In this document: positions 27,316-32,000 of the stretch, piece by piece
Layout: every line of letters starts with the position of its first letter
Numbering within the stretch: the stretch's first letter is position 1
Source of the DNA: an uncultured archaeon
GTDB lineage: Archaea; Asgardarchaeota; Thorarchaeia; Thorarchaeales; Thorarchaeaceae
Assembly: GCA_964354495.1 (NCBI GenBank)
Contig: CAYHAA010000019.1
Coordinates: 29,335-61,334 of the forward strand
Reading direction: 5' to 3'
Length of the DNA: 32,000 bases
The notes under the pieces: model-generated
Seen by the model: only the letters and a program-made list of their open reading frames with translations
The model's database searches: none
What the model was told of the DNA's origin: nothing
Translations under genes and position numbers: made by a program

Positions 27316-28416
27316 ATGACAATTCACCTGATTCACCACAAGGATTTGCAGGTCTTCACGGAAAAAGTACTCATGAAAATGGGAACCTCAGAGGAACATG
27401 CATCCTGCGTTGCTGATAATCTCGTGACGTCCAATCTACGAGGGATTGACTCTCATGGCGTTGGCAGACTCAAGAGATATGTGGACGGTATCAGAACAGG
27501 ATACATTATTCCAGGTGCAAAACCGAGAGTTGAAAGAGAGAGCCCAGTGAGCGCGAACATTGATGCATTGAATGGACTAGGGCAGCCTGCTGGCGTTTTT
27601 GGAATGAGGAAAGCAATTGAGAAGGCACTGAAATCTGGCGTAGGGATTGCTACAGTCTTTAATTCGAACCATTTTGGTTTTGCAGGATACTATGCAATGA
27701 TGGCTCTACAGCATGACCTAATTGGAATTACCATGACTAATTCTGAACCCCTTGTTGTACCTACGTTTAGCAAGAATGCAATGATTGGAACAAATCCAAT
27801 TGCCTTTGCAGCTCCAACGAAAACCGAGAGACCGTGGGTGATGGACCTTGCCACAAGTGTTGTTCCAAGTGGGAAACTCGAAGTCTATGATCGATTGGGC
27901 AAGAACATTCCTACAGGATGGGCAACTAATGAGAGAGGAGTCAGTACCACGAATCCCACACAAGTGTTGACCAGTCTCTATCAAGGTCTTGGTGAAGGCG
28001 GAATATTCCCCCTGGGCGGCGAAGGCGAACTCCATGGGGGTCACAAAGGATATGGCTTGGCAACAATGGTCGAGATTCTTTGCGGAGTAATGTCCGGAGC
28101 AAATATCGGCAGAGATGTAACGTTCAGGAAGAATGGAAACTCCAATCATCCCAGAGTAGGGCACTTCTTCATGGCGCTGGACCCATCGTGTTTCATTGAT
28201 GTTGATTCATTCAAGACTAGAATGGATGACCTGATTAATCGCTTGAAGAACGCTGAGAAGGCTGAAGGACAGAGTAGGATATTCGTTCATGGTGAGAAAG
28301 AATTCGAAGAACACGAACGTCGTGCAAGGAATGGAATACCTATTGACGACAAGACTGCCGAGATTCTAGTTGGATTCTCAAATGAGTTCTCGGTTGACCT
28401 GCAGTTCAGTAAATAG
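27316..28416 (+). CDS. Ldh_2 family oxidoreductase (malate/L-lactate/L-sulfolactate/ureidoglycolate dehydrogenase type)
   Basis: DSHGVGRL, NSNHFG, GTNPIAFAAP, DLATS and GGHKGYGL. SD GGAGG at 27308-27312. Confidence 0.92.
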   Translation: MTIHLIHHKDLQVFTEKVLMKMGTSEEHASCVADNLVTSNLRGIDSHGVGRLKRYVDGIRTGYIIPGAKPRVERESPVSANIDALNGLGQPAGVFGMRKAIEKALKSGVGIATVFNSNHFGFAGYYAMMALQHDLIGITMTNSEPLVVPTFSKNAMIGTNPIAFAAPTKTERPWVMDLATSVVPSGKLEVYDRLGKNIPTGWATNERGVSTTNPTQVLTSLYQGLGEGGIFPLGGEGELHGGHKGYGLATMVEILCGVMSGANIGRDVTFRKNGNSNHPRVGHFFMALDPSCFIDVDSFKTRMDDLINRLKNAEKAEGQSRIFVHGEKEFEEHERRARNGIPIDDKTAEILVGFSNEFSVDLQFSK

Positions 28417-28453
28417 AAACACAATAATGCTTGTTTTGTTTCGGGAGTTCAGA

Positions 28454-30487
28454 ATGTCGGAAGATTCCATCAGCATGAATGAGCAGGTTGAGATTGAGCA
28501 AAAGGTGTTGGAACTACTCAAGAAACTGACATTGAAAGAGAAATTCAGGCTGTTGACTAGTCACGGTAAGTTGCGAATGTACACGACTCCGCCATTAAAA
28601 CGACTTGCCATACCTTCCTTCAAGACAACCGATGGACCACTCGGAGTGGCAATGCATTCAAGCGGATTCAAGAAGAATACGCGCTTCCCAGCCACCATCT
28701 CTCTTGCTGCCACATGGAATAGAGACCTCGCTCACGAGGTGGGCATTGCCATGGGCGAGGAGGTGCGAGCAGTTGGAAGACACGTGCTTCTTGCCCCGGG
28801 AATGAACATTGCACGGACTCCTCTTAATGGTAGGACATTCGAGTATTTCAGCGAGGACCCGTATCTGACCAAGGAGATGGCGATTCCACTCGTCAAAGGC
28901 ATCCAGAGTCAGCGTGTCGCAGCATGCCTCAAGCATTACGCAGTGAATAACCAAGAGACCAATCGAAGGAGTTCAAGTTCCGAGGTGGATGAGCGCAGCC
29001 TTCATGAGATCTACCTCAGGGCCTTCAGGGCAACAATGAAGGAGGCGAATGCCTGGTCTGTCATGACTGCGTACAATATGGTGAATGGAGTGTATGTGAG
29101 CGAGAACAGGTATCTACTCAGAGAGACCCTGACGGAGAAGTGGGGTTTTGATGGGATTGCTATGACAGACTGGTTTGCCTCGAGGACTGCCAAGACTGCA
29201 GAGGGGTGCATCAACGCAGGTCTCTCTCTCGAGATGCCTTGGCCAAACAAGTATGGACTCAAGAATCTGGAGAATGCTTACAAAGAGGGCAAGTTTTCTG
29301 ATGAGACACTAGACGACCTTGTCAGCAGGAATTTACGAGTGATGTTCCGGACAGGTCTATTCGACCCACCTGAGAAGTTGCCCAAGGGATCGAGAAACAC
29401 GCCTGCACACCAGAATCTTGCGAGGCATGTTGCTGAGGAAGGGATTGTTCTATTGAAGAACGACAAGAACGCTCTTCCCATAGATTTCAATTCTATCAAA
29501 AGGATTAGTCTGCATGGTCCTAACTTGTTCAAGAAGTTTGGCAGACTATTGAGCGGAGGGTCATCGGCGGTGAGCCCTCCCCATGAAGTCACTCCCCTTG
29601 AAGGGATGGCTGTTAAATGTCGGGGCAGAGTAGGATTATTTCCCCACGATACATTCGCTGATGTTGCGATAATCTTCGCTGGTCTCGACCACAGTCGTGG
29701 AAAAGACTCGGAATCCAAGGATAGAGAGTCCCTGCATCTCGATGACAAACAAGTGAAGATGATTAAGAAGGTTGCAGACGACCATCTTCGGACTGTGGTA
29801 TGTATGATTGCCGGCAGTCCGATAGCAATGGAGGAGTGGTCAAACGATGTTGAGGCCATTCTAATGTGCTGGTACGGGGGCATGGAGGCGGGTCATGCAA
29901 TTGCGAATGTCCTCTTTGGTGATGTAAACCCATCAGGGAGATTACCGTTAACATTTCCAAGGCGATTAGAAGACTCTCCTGCTCATTACACAGGAAGTCC
30001 GAGGAACTATCCAGGTGACGAAAACAGGAGGGTCTACTACGATGAGGGCATATTCGTTGGGTATCGCTGGTTCGACGAGAAGCAAATTGAGCCTCTGTTT
30101 CCGTTTGGGTTTGGTCTGTCGTACACGGAGTTTGAGTTAGGTTCAGTCCAAATCGATATGGAAACCATCAGCAGATCAGAGGACAGTCTGCTTGTTGAAG
30201 TCGATGTGACGAACACGGGGAACCGTGCGGGTTCTGAAACGGTTCAGGTCTATGCGAAGGATATTGAAGCATCAGTCAAAAGGCCACCCAAGGAACTTGT
30301 AGGATTTCAGAAAGTGACCTTGGAGCCCGGGCAGACCAAGACAGTGCCTGTGAGAATTAAGGCCGATGACCTGTCATTTTTTGATGCAGAGAAGCATGAT
30401 TGGATGCTAGAGCCCGGAGAAATCAAGCTCCTTGTTGGAAAATCGTCTAGGAATGTCGACACAGAGATAGAACTCACTGTCAGATGA
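28454..30487 (+). CDS. Glycoside hydrolase family 3 beta-glucosidase with C-terminal Fn3-like domain
   Basis: TDGPLG, GRTFEYFSEDP, KHY, nucleophile MTDW, EEGIVLLKN, ESKDR and PLFPFGFGLSYT. Start placed at ATG 28454 because the tracked 28370 start overlaps the upstream gene. Confidence 0.92.
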   Translation: MSEDSISMNEQVEIEQKVLELLKKLTLKEKFRLLTSHGKLRMYTTPPLKRLAIPSFKTTDGPLGVAMHSSGFKKNTRFPATISLAATWNRDLAHEVGIAMGEEVRAVGRHVLLAPGMNIARTPLNGRTFEYFSEDPYLTKEMAIPLVKGIQSQRVAACLKHYAVNNQETNRRSSSSEVDERSLHEIYLRAFRATMKEANAWSVMTAYNMVNGVYVSENRYLLRETLTEKWGFDGIAMTDWFASRTAKTAEGCINAGLSLEMPWPNKYGLKNLENAYKEGKFSDETLDDLVSRNLRVMFRTGLFDPPEKLPKGSRNTPAHQNLARHVAEEGIVLLKNDKNALPIDFNSIKRISLHGPNLFKKFGRLLSGGSSAVSPPHEVTPLEGMAVKCRGRVGLFPHDTFADVAIIFAGLDHSRGKDSESKDRESLHLDDKQVKMIKKVADDHLRTVVCMIAGSPIAMEEWSNDVEAILMCWYGGMEAGHAIANVLFGDVNPSGRLPLTFPRRLEDSPAHYTGSPRNYPGDENRRVYYDEGIFVGYRWFDEKQIEPLFPFGFGLSYTEFELGSVQIDMETISRSEDSLLVEVDVTNTGNRAGSETVQVYAKDIEASVKRPPKELVGFQKVTLEPGQTKTVPVRIKADDLSFFDAEKHDWMLEPGEIKLLVGKSSRNVDTEIELTVR

Positions 30488-30513
30488 AGACCACATACAA
30501 CTGGCACGACAAT

Positions 30514-31503
30514 TCACAGACTCTCAAGAGTCTTCTCAAGATGGACAAGATGGCAATTGAGCTTGTATCCAACCTTTTCATACATGGCTATCGCATTCTT
30601 ATTTGCCGCCGGAGTTCCGACTGCTGCATATTCACATCCATAGTCCTTCATTAACTTGAATGACTCTGATACAAGATACACACCGATACCCAGACGCCTG
30701 TATTCAGGAAAGACTCCCAGCGGTCCGAGAATTCCCGTCAGTGGCTCGTGTTTTGATTCACGGATGAAGGCTCCAACAAATCCTGCAGGTTCATTGTCGA
30801 CAAGTGCAACTCTCCAAAGCTCAACAGGAGAGGGGCCAAAACCGCCTCCCACAATCGACCGAAGCACCTGCACTGCAGTTCCATAGTCGGCAACATTGGC
30901 GTCAAAACCATGAATCTCCCTATCTTCAGGTGTTGACACATAAGCACGTATGCAGTATTCACCAAACTTCTCTGGAATCGTTCCATGTTGAGTGTCTATT
31001 CTGATACGGGCACCAACAGGCGTCGGTTTGGGGAGATTGTCAAGTCTTGCCAATAGATCAACACTGTCCGGTTGATACCTCTTGAAACCTGATTTCTCAT
31101 ATAGCTCGAGAAGAGGATGGGCTACAACTTCATTGCTGACAGGGTACTTCATAGTAACCCTAACACGTTCAACACCCTTTGCGGATAGATGAGTCAGAGC
31201 ATTGGTAAGAAGTGCTTTCGCTACTCGCTTACTCCTTGCGCTCTTTAGCGCGGCGGGTTCCCATCTTCTAAGACTAGCATCTTTTCCTCTATAGCGCAGA
31301 CCTAAGACTCCAACGATATTGTCGTCTTCATGGGCTTCAAGAAAGACTCTACCCGCCTTCTTGAATTCACTCTCCATCTCTTCAAGTTCTTCATGCTTAT
31401 TCCAATCAAAGACAGGGTCTTCCTCATACCAGTAGTAGTCTCGCATGCACTTCTTCCATGCGGATTCGTAGATATCCCAATTCCTACTCTCGACTATTTT
31501 CAT
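30514..31503 (-). CDS. Tandem-domain GNAT N-acetyltransferase
   Basis: Two GNAT repeats. The C-terminal one has LGVFPEYRRLGIG and NKNAIAMYEKVGY; the N-terminal one has a more degenerate motif A and LELYEKSGF. Confidence 0.85.
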   Translation of the reverse strand: MKIVESRNWDIYESAWKKCMRDYYWYEEDPVFDWNKHEELEEMESEFKKAGRVFLEAHEDDNIVGVLGLRYRGKDASLRRWEPAALKSARSKRVAKALLTNALTHLSAKGVERVRVTMKYPVSNEVVAHPLLELYEKSGFKRYQPDSVDLLARLDNLPKPTPVGARIRIDTQHGTIPEKFGEYCIRAYVSTPEDREIHGFDANVADYGTAVQVLRSIVGGGFGPSPVELWRVALVDNEPAGFVGAFIRESKHEPLTGILGPLGVFPEYRRLGIGVYLVSESFKLMKDYGCEYAAVGTPAANKNAIAMYEKVGYKLNCHLVHLEKTLESL

Positions 31504-31618
31504 AACAGGAAACTCCTAAGCACCTTTCTTTTGTATGTGCTGCTTACACATAAGAATTCGCAAATCAGGGAGAGTTATCCTTATGTGAGATTCACCCCCA
31601 TCCATAAGCCGATGAGCA

Positions 31619-31900
31619 ATGAGAATCAAAGCGGTACTGAGAGATACTGATATTCTTAAGATGGCAGCAGGTTCCAAGGAAAGAATTCTTGCTGCAACAA
31701 GAAAGAACATTGACCGACTCATCAACTTGCCAAGTCTACTCAAGGTCATGGGACTTACTGATGACGATAGATGCTTGATGCTCAATACCCTCAGAGAAAC
31801 AAGAATCCATGTCTGGTTCTCAAACGATGCAAACCAGCACTTAATCTACTTTAGCGAGAACAACAATGCTGAGGAAGCTATCGGCTATCAGTGGCAATAG
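31619..31900 (+). CDS. Small hypothetical protein (93 aa)
   Basis: ATG-started ORF with protein-like composition, divergent from the GNAT gene; no family recognised. Confidence 0.6.
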   Translation: MRIKAVLRDTDILKMAAGSKERILAATRKNIDRLINLPSLLKVMGLTDDDRCLMLNTLRETRIHVWFSNDANQHLIYFSENNNAEEAIGYQWQ

Positions 31901-32000
31901 GCGCTGACGAAGATTGTGGGCAATACTTGCAGACGCCTTTTTATGGAATAACCTCAAGGAGTTGTTGGGTAGTGACCATGCTAAGAGTGTACAATACGCT

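Noticed and set aside
28370-28453. Longer GH3 start given by the ORF track
   Set aside because: It overlaps the Ldh_2 gene by 47 nt; ATG 28454 follows a GGGAG motif and fits better.
29278-29883. 201-aa minus-strand ORF
   Set aside because: Lies wholly antisense to the well-supported GH3 gene and has no motifs.
1-32000. Genome-wide TAG reassignment (for example to pyrrolysine) to explain the two internal ambers
   Set aside because: By my count 11 of 25 called genes end in TAG at natural family C-termini, so TAG is a routine stop. The MFS amber sits at a probable Trp position, and no pyl genes are in the window.
1-32000. CRISPR arrays, tRNA/rRNA genes, IS elements, long tandem repeats
   Set aside because: None seen by eye in the short intergenic regions; no transposase or integrase motifs in the ORFs. 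Short RNAs could be missed without a covariance search.

Overview
Gene-dense archaeal window with about 25 CDS; I saw no rRNA, tRNA, CRISPR array or IS element. Longin-domain and small-GTPase eukaryotic-signature proteins, together with the metabolic gene set, suggest an Asgard archaeon, probably Thorarchaeota-like (inference). Two loci stand out. (1) 2559-6334 holds a tandem pair of paralogs with the same inferred layout: longin - G domain - longin - two winged helices. One has an intact Arf-like GTPase (G1-G4 present). The other has an alignable G domain lacking every nucleotide-binding motif (pseudo-GTPase). Their longin+wHTH tails resemble the GATOR1 subunits NPRL2/NPRL3. (2) 22494-27245 holds a single 1215-aa ORF fusing a complete tungsten-type aldehyde:ferredoxin oxidoreductase to a complete acyl-CoA ligase, divergent from two SCP2-like lipid-carrier genes. 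Also present: an apparently orphan Alw26I/Eco31I/Esp3I-type m6A + circularly permuted m5C methyltransferase pair, a beta-CASP nuclease with a ~320-aa unexplained N-terminus, a probable NAD kinase-wHTH fusion cut by the window edge, TldD/TldE, and two otherwise intact genes (VOC, MFS) each broken by one in-frame TAG. All family calls come from motif recognition without database searches.
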